NCBI RefSeq assembly: GCF_009834535.1
Contig: NC_045696.1
Location: forward strand, 18,292,001-18,356,000
DNA length: 64,000 bases
Source: Camelus ferus
Lineage: Eukaryota
Direction: 5' to 3'
The number at the start of each line of letters is the position of its first letter. Position 1 is the stretch's first letter. The position numbers and the translations under genes were made by a program. Of the stretch, positions 41,687 to 56,464 are shown in pieces. The notes below the pieces were generated by a model that ran no database searches, had not been told where the DNA came from, and worked only from the letters and a program-made list of their open reading frames with translations.

Positions 41687-41880
41687 CACGGACTAGTAAA
41701 CTACAGCCCGTGGGCCAAATCTAACCTGCATTTTCATGCCTGTGAGCTAAGAACGTTTTCCTATTTTAACAGAATCTAAAAACAAAACAAAGAAACAAAA
41801 ATGTGATAGGGATGTCTGTGTCCTGAGAAACTTTAATAGGTACTGTCTGGCATTTTAAAGACAAAGTTTGCCAAATTTCA
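41687..41880. mobile_element. MER58-family hAT-Charlie MITE with perfect 8-bp TSD
   Basis: aaactacagcccgtgggccaaatc...gtgagctaagaacg...aaagtttgcc. ATCTAGAC flanks both sides (41679-41686, 41881-41888), matching the NTCTAGAN hAT-Charlie target. Confidence 0.9.
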
Positions 41881-41919
41881 ATCTAGACACTCTAGGAGAA
41901 TATTTGTCATAGCCACTGA

Positions 41920-42150
41920 TGGTAACAATAAATACACAGTTTTCCCTGTATTAGGCAGGCTTTTAAAAACATCTTTAAAAATCTTAATTAATCTTTATAA
42001 GAATCCACTGAGAGGAGTCCTGTTACTGTCCTTATTTTACATATGATATGCTTGATGCAGCTCAGGAGGGTTACATGACTTGCCAGGGTCATCGAGCCAG
42101 TAAGTGTTGGAAGTCAGGATGGACAACTCAGCTCCTGGCTTCATAGCCTC
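41920..42150 (-). mobile_element. MIR
   Basis: ttactgtccttattttacatatga...gctcaggagggttacatgacttgccagggtcatcgagccagtaagtg. Confidence 0.7.
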
Positions 42151-45100
42151 TTTCTTTAATGGTCCTTCTACAATTGAAACATTTATTATGTGCTTAACAT
42201 ACTTAGGAGTAAGCAGAACTGATGAGGTAAATATCTACAACATAATTTGAGAGTAAATAAAATATAAAAAATTATTTAATGTGAAATGATTCAAACAAGT
42301 AAATGAAAACATGAAGTTTTCAAGTGAAGTCACCTCATAGTGAACTTCTTGTCCCTTAAATACATCTGACATGAAAATACGCATAAGAATTCATGAAACG
42401 TGATGTGAGAAGAGGTGACGGGATGAAATTCTTATTACTCACCCAGCAATAGCATAATCTGTCACTTCATTTGGTGAGATGAATTGAATGACAAATTGCG
42501 CTGATCTCTGTAGCTACATCTCACTTTGTTAACCATCTGTGGACTGAGAACAAATTAGATGTCTAGATTATATTTAAATGTCCACTAACCTGATGCTATG
42601 GTAACGGAGAAAAAAGAGATTCCAGTATCATGAATTTGGACTTCTTGGGCTCAAAGGTGTAAAACTAATCAGAAAGTCCATAATTATTAAAATATCTAAT
42701 AATATTGCTAACAAAATGCTTGTCTCCTCATAAGAGGGAAAATGATGTTCAGGGTCCTCTTACAACTTTGATTTGCCACAATTTTTGAAAGCACGTATGA
42801 TTTTCTATTAGGAAGATTATTAAATGGCAGAAATTTCATTTAAGTTGACTTAGAATACGAGTTCTTTGCTTCTTTTAACCAATTTGTTGTTTTAGGGGGA
42901 GGATGTTTTAATGTATAATTCCTTCTGTTTTATTCTGACTTAGCTTTTGTAAGTGACTTTAGAAGCTTTCTGGAAATTAACACGTAATAGACCCTAACAG
43001 AACAAGAATATCAGCATATAAATTGAGTTCTAATTTAGAAGAAAATGAAGTCTGTAAGTGAAACATATTTGTAACAATAGTAGATAAAGCTACGGATTAC
43101 AAAACTGCCTAACTGAGAATTGTCGAATAAATATGCAACTTCAGGCAGTGCTGAAACTTGGTAAATATTTGTTCACTAAAATCATGACAGCATCTTATTT
43201 GAGGGCTAGCTTGTCTTCAGTTTTGCATTGCTGCCTTGAAACCAAATCAGCTCTCTTTCCCTCCCTCCATGATTCCTCAGTTCCTTTCTTATACAGATTT
43301 TTACTCATTCTGTGATTTTCATTGTACACATGTGGCAAAATAATTCTTGAAATATGACATTGAATTAAAGTGGTTATACCTCCAACCTCCTCAAGATACT
43401 TTAAGATATTAGTATTCTTGACATTATTATTTTTATCATTATTTACCTTGGAAAATGTTCTTTAAAGTCAAAATCCTCTAATATCTTTTATAATTTTATT
43501 TGAACACATTATGAGGGAAAACAAATAGCAGAGTTTTGGTGAGGAGAAATGTTTTTCATGAGCCACTGAGGAGAATTCCGAAGAACTCTTCAAATTCTAA
43601 AGCAACACTATTCTCCTTGAACGAAAGAGTCTTCATAAGAAAACAAATCCAAAAAAAAAAAAAAAAAAAAAAGGCCCTTAGAGAGGATCAAAGTTTAATA
43701 TGTGAGTACCCAGTGCTAGCAAGCTTTCTCTAATCTGACCATGGCATTGAAATTAGCATAATCATCAAACTTCAAACCTAAGGGCTATTAAGAAAATCAG
43801 AGATAAGCAGAGTGTTTAGATGACAGAGCACTAATGGGCTTTTTTTTTTTTTCCCCATACTGGAAAACCTTGAGACATAATCATAATTCCAGGATGGGAA
43901 AGTAGAAATTTAGAGTTAAGTCTAGGTTTATCAAATAAAAATAACTCAGAAAAAATTAGGTTGAATGCCCAATTTGACTTATTTTATCTACAGCATGAAT
44001 GCCTATTGTTCACCTAAAATTACCCTGTACATTGATTGATAATAATTTTCTCTCTCTTTTGTGTCTGCATTTACACTGGGACAAATGAACAATGTGTCTA
44101 GCACACAACAAATGGTAACTATTATTGTTCAATTATTTTTATATTGAGTGTTTTTAAGAACAATTAAAAAATTATTCACTAAAAAACAAAACAAACAAAA
44201 GCATGAATTTGATTCCTTCTGCTTTTCTTGTAGACTGGTAGTTGCATAAACTAGGGAACATCTCCTTAAAGCAGGCTAATAAACCAGAATTATAGATGCA
44301 TATTTTTTCTAATATTCTAGGAAGTAGAAACCGGTTCAATTTAGTAAGTACTGTGTGGCAATTATAATGTAAATCCTCGGTTGCTATTTTGCATCTTATT
44401 GGAAATATGTTGTGTGTGATCATCATATGATATCAGATTTCATTTTTGTGGAAACAGTTTGGTTTCCGTCTTCTAATTTTTTTTCCCATTGTGGTTTTCT
44501 TTTTGTTATTGCAGTTTTTATGCTCAGCTGTTTTGAATCTGTTTTCCTTCCTGCCTGAAATCCTGAAGCCAATTCACTGACCTACAAACCTTATTAAATT
44601 GCACATATCTTTTAATCATAAACCTAACAATTTTGCTGACACACTGTCTTCTCAGGAGCATAAATTACTCTTGGATAATTTAAAGAAATAGGTTTCCCTA
44701 ACAGTGTTTGCTTTTGCATTTTTTTTTCAAATGCAAAGTGTAGGTGGCTGGTAAGTGTCACAACAAACACCTGCATCATCAGCACAAACTTTTAATGATC
44801 TGTTTCAAAAGAGTCAGAGGAAAGAGCACGATGTCATATCCTAGTTCAGCTTCTCCTTTGTTGTTAAATTACTCGTGTTCAAATAAACATCTTGTGTTGT
44901 TTTAGATATTTGACACCTGTCTGAATAAAAGATATTTGGGGCATCACCCAAGTTCAAAAATTTAATTTTACCCTGGAGATTTAAAGGACTTTAAATGGCT
45001 TCTTAAAGATTCACATTAAGGCACTCTCACTCAAAGATGAAAATTGAGTCCTCTGATTTTTGAAATGCCAAAACCCTGTGGTGAGTTGAAGGGACAGTGA

Positions 45101-46089
45101 CATCTATAAGGTTAGTGTCAGGGCACAGTGTCTACTTTGATTTTGCTAAACAGCGTTCAGTGGAAGACAAGCTCATTTTTTTACTATGGCTTCCTATATA
45201 TCTCTAGAGCATGTGCATGGAGTCTAAGTGTACACAGGGTTGATAACTTGTTCAAGAAGTGATTAAGCATTTTAGGAATTATGCCTGCCCTTTCTGGTTT
45301 TCCTTTGCACACTTTCATGTCTTAAAAAACCAAATAAACAAAAAAGTCTTGTCACATCCATTAGCAGTTGAGTAGGAAAATTTTAAAGGGAGAAGATAAT
45401 TATCTTTAGATTTTTCCAATTAAGTTTCTCCAATTAAGTAGTTCTGGTAAGAGATTTGGGGGCTCAAAGCACTGGCTACAATGAACCAAGTGGGCTTTAT
45501 GTCTCTATATGCTGGTGCTGTTAAAGTCTTACTACAATATATGCTAACTCTGAAAGTTTACAGAAGTGAGATTAAATATTTATGTGCTGACCATGTTACA
45601 TTAGAGGCATTAATTCTGAGCTGTTAAATTTTTAAGTACCTGGAGTATTTAGCATGAGGGTACTGAATTATTGGGTTTGTTTATTGCACTATGATAACAG
45701 ATATTCTTGGAAACAATGAGAAAACTTTAAAAAATTCTGTGTGTGTTCATGAAGTAGGGCATTTCCCTCATACAAATGTAGCGTTAATCTCTTCTTACTA
45801 CATATTACAATACTTGAATTATAAAAATTCGGTGCACTTACAGCATATACAACATTTCTACCTTGGGTTAAAACTGCTAGAGAGGAGTACAATTTATACA
45901 TGCAGATGTCCCGCAGCTCATGCACCCACACTCCTGTACGTGGACGCCAACACATACATGCCATTGGGTGGAGTGCCGAGTGCCATTTTAGAATAACTTT
46001 AGTCTATTTCTTGGCATGTCCATGAATATATAGCCAGGAAGTCAGTTTTGGTATTAACTGAGACTCCTTATTCTTCTGTGTTTGAATCA

Positions 46090-46230
46090 TATTGGAAAGA
46101 GTTTTGCTCTGGTACTATCTGGGTTTGTCTTTGAATCCTTCAATGTCAGACTTCGAAACATTTCTTAAACCATTCTGATTTTCAGTTCTCTCATCTTAAA
46201 ATTAGAATAATAGCACCCTCAAAATTAGAA
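46090..46230 (+). mobile_element. MIR fragment
   Basis: tttcttaaaccattctgattttcagttctctcatcttaaaattagaataatagcacc. Confidence 0.55.
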
Positions 46231-48162
46231 GTAAAAGCTCTCATTTACAGATCCATTGAAGGTTCTGGTATGTAATAATTGACAAACACACAAAAGTTCC
46301 CTCTTTTGTCTTCAGATCTAATTAACCAGCAATTTTATTATTATTATTTATTAATGATTATATATTTTTCAATCTGGAGAAATCAAAGGTATGAGAGAAC
46401 TTAAGAAAAATATATATACAATTATAATTTGCAGTGCTATGAAGTTGTAGATTTTTGGCAGCCATGCAAAATCCGAATATTTAATCCAGGTGATTTGGAT
46501 TAATTTGTATCTTTTATCTACAAAATTCTTTAAAAAAATGAAAATTAACATCTAGGCTGCCAACAACTAACAGTCTTTTTTATCCCATAGAACCAACTGT
46601 ATGTTCCATCATGGAAAACTTACTGGAAGCACTTTAAGCTATAGTCAGTATCATACAGATTCTAATTCTGTAGCTGACCATTCAGAAAGATGTAATGGAT
46701 TAATTAAAACTAAATAATTTATGCATTCACATTTTTATGACTATAAGAAGTTTCCTTAGGCAAAAGTCAATTTTTAATTCCATAAGTGAACAAGACAGCA
46801 GCTACACAGATATTTTCAGGAACTACAGCAAAATGATTCTGAGAAAAATGCTAAACTAAATCCTTAATCAGCATAATCTAGTAGAAGATGGAAGAACTGA
46901 AAGATCAATAAATGCTAATAATTCTATTCATATTTCTACTTGCTAATGCAAATTTTGTCCAAATAACAGTAGAAAAAAATTAGGGAGAAATTAATCTAAT
47001 TATATATTACTTTAAGAGTATAATTGAATAATGCTTATTTTTATTCATTACTTGAAAGATTATAATTTGATGCTACTAAACGGAAATACATAAATTTAGA
47101 AGATAAAACTGATGTGAATATATTTATGAACAAAAACTTATTTTTGGCATATAAAGTACAGATTTTACATTAGATTTCAATAGTGAGTACCTAAATACAT
47201 TCAGATATTCAAACTAATTTCATACTTAATATGTGAATTGCAAATATACAAATTTAAGGTAAAAAAGATTAATTCAAAATTTTATTAGCATTTACTAGTT
47301 TATAAAAATCTCTATTAGAGTGATACAATTAATGTCACAGGAGATACTCTTATTTTCTCTACATTGCTACATTTTTAGCTTGTGTGTCCTCCCTAGTAGC
47401 ATGGCATAACTTTCACATTTAAAATGTTATATTTAAAATGCCATACTTTCAGTGAAAACATATGACCATGATTTTTCAATGTCAGTTACTAAAAGTAGAT
47501 TTTATATATATAATCAAATATAAACATTTTCATATATATATGAAAATTTAACTTTCTATGTAGCAATGATGAATCTGTCCTTTTTTTTAGAGTTATCTGA
47601 GGCATACAAGAAAGATGAAGTGAATAATTGTTCTTTTCTTTGCTGGAAATTTAGCAGTCACTTCTTAATTATATCTTTAAGCCTTGACAACAGTGTCATA
47701 CTGAATGCTCTTGATATCATGATATCAGAATGCTCAGTGTCTTCAAGCATTACGCTTCTTCTATGGTAAAAAGTGTAGATGGCACTTGAAGTTTAATGGA
47801 AAATAGATTGAGTACTTTATTCCAACAAGGTAAATGAACCAATGACAAGGAGAATAAATATAGACAGAAAACAATGAGATGTTGTAAAAGTCAGGTTTAG
47901 TATCTTTTCTTTTTAGGTTTTTCTCAATTGTTGATGACACTCATTTTCACTATTAGAAACTGAAATGACATAAATTTAGAAAGTAAATACAAGGCATGAG
48001 ATAAAAAATGTGGACTATGAAGTAAGAATTCAATAAATATGAATGAATTTAAAAATGTATTTGACTAGTGATAATTTAAATATACTTTGGCCATAAAGTT
48101 GTTTTGTTTTGTTTTGTTTTGTTTTTACTGCTGGCAAACTTTTAGAAATCCTCTTTCCCTCC

Positions 48163-48428
48163 GTTTGTGTCACCTCAAAATTCATATGACGGTATTAGGA
48201 GGTAGGACCTCCATCATGAGTGCAGACCCCTTACAAATGGAATTAGTGCTCTTATGAGAGAGGATCAAGAGGGCTCTCTTGCCATTTCTGCCACGTGAGA
48301 TTAGAGCAAAAAGGCAGCTGTCTAGGAAACAGGCTTCCAGGCATCCACAACGATGAGAAATAAATTTCTATTGTTTATAAGCCGCAGTCTGCAGTGTCAT
48401 TTGTTACAGCAGTCTGAAGGGACTGACA
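48163..48428 (+). mobile_element. MLT1A-like MaLR LTR (internally deleted)
   Basis: gtttgtgtcacctcaaaattcatatg...ggaattagtgctcttatgagag...gagaaataaatttctattgtttataagcc...gactgaca. Confidence 0.8.
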
Positions 48429-49479
48429 CTCCTCTGTCTGTACTCCTTGGTAACTGTAACACCCTTCATCTTAAACTCCTTGTCTCTAACTGCATTGCCT
48501 GCCCCACCTGATATAGACTGGTGGGCTAGACATATCCCTTTATAGTTTCTATACCCCTAAAAAACTGTCAGGGGAAAATGTTAAAGTCTTTTTGAGTCTG
48601 ATTCTCATAAAGAAGGCTTTAACTCTTACCAGAGTGCTTTGATTTGAGAACAGAATTTTGATATCAGTTATGATTTCATCGATTTATCATGCTTCGTCTG
48701 TTCCATGCCAACAATTTGCATAAATGAAATGTTTTTAAGTCCTTAAAGAAATAGAGTGAATTAGCTATTTGTCTCATCCCTACATACATACAAGAAAGAG
48801 ATTTAAAGAGGTAAAGTTATCTTCTAAGGTCACAAGTAGCGACCCTAAAGCATTTGTCTTTTACACTGTAACATGCGTTTCTCTGTTCTACTCCATAAGG
48901 TGATTAAGTTAGGTGATTAAAAGGAATGGCGATCTAAGTTGCAGGATTTCTGATTACCTAGAAGCTGGAGGGATATTTTGGATTACACCAGCCTAGGATG
49001 CTGATGTTCCATCAATGCATAAGTATTTTCCATTGAGTAACACAATTGTTTGAAAACGGTAAATCTATTAATGAGCTGCATGTGTTGAGTCATTGTCAAT
49101 TTAGTTTTTCTTTTCCCAAGGAAAGTTTACCAGAGGAAGAAATAAAAAACATGATCCCCATCACCTTTTCTGCTTCTCGCATCTTGATAGTCACTTCTTT
49201 TTCATCAGCAATTTTAGTAATGGCCTAGGACATTTCTCTCAGCTATTTACAGATAGGCTTCTGAAATTATCACTTAAAAAGGGAAGTCAATAGTAATTGT
49301 TATTTATATACGTATCACTGAAATTAATAAGCTTCTCATATTGAAGTAAAAATCTCAGTGCTGCATAAAAACATATAACATAAACATTTATATACTATAT
49401 ACATATTCATATGATTATGCATGTATTATATTTATAAAATCAAAGACAATTTTTAAGAATTTTCAACATGGGTGCTTAT

Positions 49480-52450
49480 TTTTCAAATTTGAAATAATAC
49501 ATGAAATGTATTAAAGTAAAAATCACCTCAAATCCCAACATTTTAATACAAACTTGTTAACATTTTATTGACTTTTTTCATGGATCTTATAATATACATA
49601 ACTTAAATTATATAATACATGGAATGTTTCCTGCAGTTACCTTTTTTCTCTCTCCGTGATTGCCATTATCTACACTCACCCATGCTAACAAGTAGCATGT
49701 GTCCTTTTGCATGTTTCCCCATGGGCACATACATATACATATGCACACACACGTTTATACCTTTATCCTAGAGATGGTTATTATTGTCCTATAAAGCAGG
49801 GTACTATTATGCACATCTTTCTGCATCTTACTTTTCCCATTCAACAATTTCTTACTGAAAATCTCTCCAAAAAATCAAGTGTTACTCTAATTTTTCTTTT
49901 TTAGTGCTTATGTGATGTGCGCTTTTATTCTAACCTTTCTGTATTGATGGGCATTTATATTGTTTCTTGTTCTTGCCCACTATGAAATTGTTTTAAGAAG
50001 TATTTTTGGACATATTTGAACATCGTATCTATGTAGGAAAGATTCAAAGAATCAAACACTGCATATGTTAATGTTAGTATTTATTGCCAAATTGCCTGCA
50101 TCAAACTCTATTAATTCATATTTTGCACCAGCAATGTAAATATAAGGAAGCACAGATTCCTCACACACCTGCCAGCAATGAATCATAATTTATAATGTAT
50201 TACCTGTCTGCTAGATGTAAGGTGACATCCCTTAGTCACTTTATTATTCATTTTTCTGACAATCAACTATTTGCACATTTTTTATGCTTTATGGCCATTT
50301 TCTATTCATTTCCCTTGACCATTTTTTGTTTTAAAGTGCTTGTCTTTTACTTTTCCATTAAAAACAGGTACATGTTAAAGATTGTTACATGTTTTTTTCC
50401 CCCAGAATTAATATTTGTCTATTGATTTTGGTGTATTGTTTCCTACAAAGAAAATTTATTCTTTATTCTTTTTATTTTTACCTCCGTAGATTTTTAAGAA
50501 CTTTTTTCACCCACTTAAACACCTATATTGAGATGCAATATCCTAGATATTTCTGGTACTTTTCCACTGTATTCTCTTGAAAGTATTTTAACACAGATGT
50601 CCATGTTTTCCATTTGTTTTTCTCCAGATAAATACTTAGTTAACTATATAATCTATCCTTTTATAGCTGAATGGAATTACCAGCTGTATATACTTCCATC
50701 TGACATACGCTTAATCTGTTCTAGATTCTCTATGCCTTTTTTATCTTTCCATTCCAATAACACCATATTAATTTCACTAGCTTGTTATAAAGAGTTATTC
50801 TTTTGCTGTTTTTCTATACACTATATGAAAATTTTATTTAGAGGTATATATGTGTAAAATTGATCTAAACTTTCCTTTTACAGACTATTTTATTTGGTTT
50901 TTATATTAAAATTTTCATAGAATGATAAAACTGTATTGAAACAGTTCCATTTTTTTCAATGCCTGGAAGTGAAAGGATCATTGATTATATGTTCTACTAA
51001 GGTACAACTCGGCTGTGTAGTTCATTTTCATTTATACCTCTCTAAACATACGTCCAGTCACTTCAGTGGTAGTTAATCAATTCAAATTTTGTATTTTTCC
51101 CCCTCTAGATTCAATTTTGATAGTTTTAAATTAGACATACACTAATTATTTTCCTCAAAGTATTCAGATATTTCTGCCAAAACTCACCAATATTAGGATT
51201 TTATTATTCTATGGAAATTTTCTGTATCCGAGGTTCCTTGGACATTTTTCTATTTTTCTTTTTTTATTTTCCCTGATGAGGAAAATCTATTCCATAGTCT
51301 TTTGAAAGCATTAGCTTTGGGATGTATGTTCACTTAATACAATTTTTCTTTTCGTTTTTTGTCTCCTTATTTCTAACATTATAATAAATGTCCACTTACT
51401 TTTCACTGATACCCTTTTACATTCTAAAATAATTAAAAAATTCTTACTGTTTTTATTAACTTAGGAGTGCTATAAGGTATGTATATCATGAATATTCATC
51501 TTTCAGGGAAATACAGTTTTTACAGTTTCCTATAAGTACCAGTATGAAATGTTCTCTCTTTTTTTCTTGCTGGTTAGTAATATCCAACTTAATATAATCA
51601 AGTTTTTTTTTAGAATTGTATTTTTCCAAGAATCTTTGAGTTTTTGATCACAATGACATTACTTCTAATCTGATTGCTACAATGAGATAGTAAGTTCTTT
51701 AAGTTCTCTTTGTGGAAATTATTAAGATTTTATTTGTGATCAAGTCCATGTTTGATTTTGTAAATGTCCCATGAATATACGACAAAATGTAAATTTTCTA
51801 TTTATGAAATATAAAGTTTAAAATATAACTAGACATTAAATTGTTGAGTCCTTTTTTATATTTATTTATTCATTTATATATGCCTATTAGAGCTATCTCA
51901 TTCTGGGTAAGATATGTTGATATTTCCAACTATAATCACATTTTGTCAAAGCTTCCCTCCATACTTAAATTTTCAGTTTATCTGTTTGATGTGATATTTT
52001 ATGTTGCATACTGAAATTATACTTCCTTCATTAATTGTGCCTGTTAACATTACCTAAAGTTCTTCTTACATTTAATTTTTTGAAATCTTTTATTCAATTT
52101 AGTCTGCTCTTAATGTTCCCCTTCTTCCTTTGTTTCATAGTTTCTGACTATCTTTGTGTCATTCCTTACTTTTCAGGCTTTCTTAGACACTTTGTTTTAA
52201 ATTTGTTCATTGTAAACATCTAACCTGGTTCTGCATTTTAACCTGATCTTATAACTTCGACTTTTTAATGAATTCAGACCTTTGACATTAAATGCAATAA
52301 GTGCTATATCTAATTTTCTTTATTTTTTATGGTATTATTATGTTTATTACATAATAGAGATTTTTTTCTAAATTAACCATTTTTTTAATGTTGCTAGCTT
52401 GACAAATGTATGTTTATTTAAATTTCTCCTTGCTGACTTGAAATTTTCTC
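49480..52450 (-). mobile_element. Old, highly decayed L1ME-like fragments
   Basis: T-rich tract with L1-like blocks: ttattgccaaattgcc, caccagcaatgta, tgtaaatgtcccatgaata, tttccaactataat. Confidence 0.55.
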
Positions 52451-52549
52451 TATTTCTCCTTTCAATAGTAGTATTTCCTGATCCTACCCTCTTAATAGTA
52501 CAAATAGGTTTGTAGCATTATTTAAAAAAATATGACGAGTAACATTTAA

Positions 52550-53985
52550 TGTTGGTGGGGTTCTGGGTGTTGGCCATCCTAATAGCTGCATAGTGGTATC
52601 TGATTGTTATTTTAGTTTGCATTTTCCTGATGACCTACAATACGGAGTAACTTTTCATAGGCTTATTTACTATCTGTATATCTTCTTTGTTAAGGTATCT
52701 ATTAAGGTCTTTGGCACAATTTTAATCAGGTTGTTTGTTATATTTTAAGAGTTATTTTTATATTTTGGATAACAGCCTTGTAATAGATGTGTGAATTCAG
52801 CTGTTGTTGGATGAAGCAGTTTATAGACGTCAATTATTGCTAGTTGATGATAGTGTTGTTGAGTTAAACTACATTTTTACTAATATTCTTCCCACTGGAT
52901 ATGTCCATTTCAGAGAGAAGGGTGTTGAAGCATCCAACTATGATAGTGAAATAATCTATTTCTCCTTTCCATTCTATCAGTTTTGCCTCGGGGAGATTGA
53001 CACTCTATTGCTAAGTGGATACATATTGAGAATTATTATGTCTTCTTGGAGAATTGACCCCTTATCATTATATAGTGCCCTTTTTATCCCTGGTAACTTT
53101 CTGATAATTCTAACGTCTCTGCAGTTTCTGGTTCTGACACTTGCTCTATCATTTCAGATTGCACACTTAACCTTTGGTGTGCCTTACAATTTTTTTCTTG
53201 ATAGCTGGGCATGATGCACTGGATAAATGGAGCTGCTGCAAATAGACCTTTGTGATGTGTTGGTGAGAGGATGGGGGAGCAGGACTGTTCTTTAGTCCTA
53301 AGATTAGGTCAAGGTGTTTTAGTGAATCTAAGCCTGTGAACCATGAGCTTCACAGGTGTTTCTCAGGATTTTTTTCCTCTCCCTTAAGTGAGAAAAGATG
53401 GTTAGAGTATGCTGGTGTTGGGTGTTTCCCTTCCCCTAATGGAGCCCCAGCTCTGATGAAACCCCAGCAGGTTAGGCTCCGGTTAACTAGTTTCCCCTGA
53501 AGGCAGGTCTTATTAAGAACACAGTTCTCCGGGGTATTTCAAAATGGTTCCTCATCCTGTTATCCTGCTGGAAACAGGAGGGAATTTTTCTCTGATACTT
53601 ACTATGGAAACCTGGTTGAGCGTCTAGTGGTTCCACAATAATGTGGGGCCCCACTAGACTGGGTCCCCCTTTAGTTTTTAACTCTCAAAGCTGACTGCAC
53701 TGAGCCTTCATCAATTCATCAGTTCCAGTCCATCTATTTCTAACACTGCACTGATTCCCCCAGCAGTTCCAGTCCTGATTCTCTGCTCTGGTAAGTTATG
53801 ACTCCCAGCATGCATCTGTCTGTCTCTCCAGTTGGGGGGGCAGAGTTTTGTCCTGTGTCCTCCCTTATCTTGTGACTCCAGGAACAACTGTTGATTTTTT
53901 ATTTGGTTTAGCTTTTTACCTGTCATCAGTATGAAATGGTGACTTCCAAGCTCCTTACATGCAGAACTGGAAACCAACTCTAATT
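52550..53985 (-). mobile_element. L1M fragments (ORF2-end piece joined to ORF2-start/ORF1 and 5'-region pieces)
   Basis: ggccatcctaatagctgcatagtggtatctgattg (ORF2 end), then gtcttcttggagaattgacccc and gtgacttccaagctccttacatgcagaactggaaacc. Confidence 0.7.
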
Positions 53986-55775
53986 CATATATTTTAATTT
54001 TATATTTCAAACTCATTTCTGTTAAGATCCAAATCAAAATTTGATTTTATATTCCATTGAAATCTCTGATCTTTTAATCATTATTTTTACTGTTTATATA
54101 TTTCTCCTCTAGTAATTCTATTTCATATGTGTCTTTTGACTGTTGAATTCCCTAAGATTGAGAGTTATTTTTCTATGATAATTAAAACTCTTGCTGGCTG
54201 TTTGAAAATATCCTTTATAGCTGGGATCTCAAAGTTATGAAAAGCAAACATGTTTTGTCCTGTATGTCTGTGACTCAAATACAGTTATCAACCCCTCTCT
54301 AAATCGGGGAAGAAATTCTCTATTTTTGCTCCTTCCCATCTTGCCAGGCTCAGGGTGAATAAGACTCACCCAGATAAGTGCTCAACTCCTTAGCCTATTG
54401 GGCATTGAAAAAACCTAGCTCAGTGACTGTGGGGTGAATATGGTTGTTTTCCCCCAAAGTTCAGAGAACCATAATTGGCTTTTTTTTGAGTGTGTCAAGA
54501 TCTCCTTTGGCTAGTTTTGCTTCGGTTTCAGATTTCACTCTCCATTGGACTATTTATACCTCCTGTGAACAAAATAAAGTACCTGAACTTTAAGAGTTTA
54601 GTTCCTCACTCACAAGTTGTTGCGGAAGATCTCAGTAGCTCTGACTCAGATAAGCTTAGAATTAGAAGCAGAAGAAAAAGAATCAGTGCTCTTTTCCAGC
54701 ATTTTTTCTCTAGAAAATAGTTGGTTTTAAGGAGTGCTAAAGGAACAATTAATTGGTTGTAGTATTCAGCCTAAGGTAGGTGTTGGGGGAGGAAGGAAAT
54801 TTAGCAATCAATAAAGAAAGGCTACTTTTAAAGGAATCAAAAGCTGTTAGTTTCCCCAAAAAAGGAAAAATTATGCATATTTAATTAACATTCAGTGACA
54901 TAATTTTGTCTTTAACTCTTCCATCTTGCATGAAGATGGCTAAGAGAACATTACAAAAAGGAAAATTATATTGAATTTATATTCTACAAGGATAGGTCTA
55001 AATTATTGTAAAGAGATAATAAGGTATAAGGCTGGCCTTTACATGTATATATAGGTATTCCTCTATGAACATATAAAGTTACTTATTTTGCTAATATTCA
55101 AACTTAGCTAATGGAAAAAGCCAAATGTCAATTTTATGAGAGTCTAAAATTTCAATCTCTTTACATATCTCTTCCATGGTCTGAGTCTAAGTAGGAAAAA
55201 ATATTTAGTCTAACTGGGTAATTTTTTTTGGACATTTACTATGACTATTAATTTCACAGCCAATTTTTAAGACAAGTTGGGCCATGTTGAATTAAAGTTT
55301 ACATTTAATGAAACTTAACAAAGACTAGAATATCACTAGGTAGCACATGGGATTGGTAGAGGTTTCTCTGATCATATGTTAAGCAAGAAGTTTAGTAGGT
55401 GTTGGTTAGTGAGCATCAAAGCATCTAACCAGGATGATTATGATGATTATGACATGAAATCACAAAAATAGGTTGAGAAAGGACTTACCAACATGTCATT
55501 GTTTTATTGATTATTCAGTTTCTATTTTTGTCCCTTTGGATATAACATAGCTCTTTAGTATTAAAATAAGAAATACTATTATATCTATTTTTAAAAAACT
55601 TCCCTTCATGTAACTGTTGGGTGGATGGTTTCATCTGTTGTATAACTGAGACCTGAGGATATATCAGCAAGGCAGAACTAAACATATTAGGGAATTAGTA
55701 TGAATAAGACAGATAACCATCAAGACATTTAAGATTTTAAAAGGTGGTCCTGCTGCAAAGGAAGAGATTGGGTTT

Positions 55776-56116
55776 TGTTGATCTAAAACAAATAGACTAC
55801 CAGATACTTTTCCAGCAAAGATGGGTTCGTTTAGTATCATCAGAAAATTGCAATTTAGGAGTCTGCAATCATGGTGAGCCATGTGCAAGTCGCCACACAG
55901 CAAGGGGAGGAGAACATGTTTATAGAGGGGGAATAAGTTGGGAGAGCTTTAGCAAACAGAGTCCATGGCGTCTCATTTATGGAGTCCTTGCCAGGAAAGA
56001 AGAGGAGTCTTTCTTCTTCCTGTTAGTCTCCAATATTATACATGGCATAAAAGCTCCTCCTTCTGATCTCTCATTTTTATTTAACTGAAGTTTCTGTTTA
56101 TTAATTTTTTTTTACA
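55776..56116 (-). repeat. 3' LTR of the provirus
   Basis: TG...CA termini (tgttga...tttaca). Preceded on the minus strand by purine tract agaaggggttaa. Confidence 0.93.
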
Positions 56117-56128
56117 TTAACCCCTTCT
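56117..56128 (-). promoter_or_regulatory. Polypurine tract (PPT)
   Basis: Minus strand AGAAGGGGTTAA directly abuts the TG start of the 3' LTR. Confidence 0.75.
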
Positions 56129-56464
56129 GAGCAAGATCTTTCTCCAAAAGCCTTACTGATCAATAGTTAGGTTTTCTTTTTTTAACCCTCAATGTCAGAA
56201 AAAAACTTTTCCTGGGTTTAGTATCTCATGTCAAAGTGAAATTGCACAGACTGGAAACCTATTGATGTCACACTCAAGTAACAAGGAGAGGTAGAAGGGA
56301 GAACTGTTAGGCACTTTTTATCTAAAATGCTTATGGTATCAAAATCCTAGACATTGGAAATCATCTGAAGCATTATGTCACCATCAAAGATTTCGTGATA
56401 AACTTCCAACAGGCCTGCTCTGGCTATTTTTAGAAAGCTGTATCATCAGATGTCATCTGCTTCA

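Noticed and set aside
47526..47547. Perfect 22-bp palindrome ATTTTCATATATATATGAAAAT
   Set aside because: Built around a self-complementary (AT)n core in AT-rich DNA; plausible by chance.
52804..53214. 136-aa plus-strand ORF
   Set aside because: Antisense to a decayed L1 fragment; no independent coding evidence.
55744..56088. Similar ORFs here and at 61277-61579 suggesting a duplicated gene
   Set aside because: The similarity arises because they overlap the two LTRs of the provirus.
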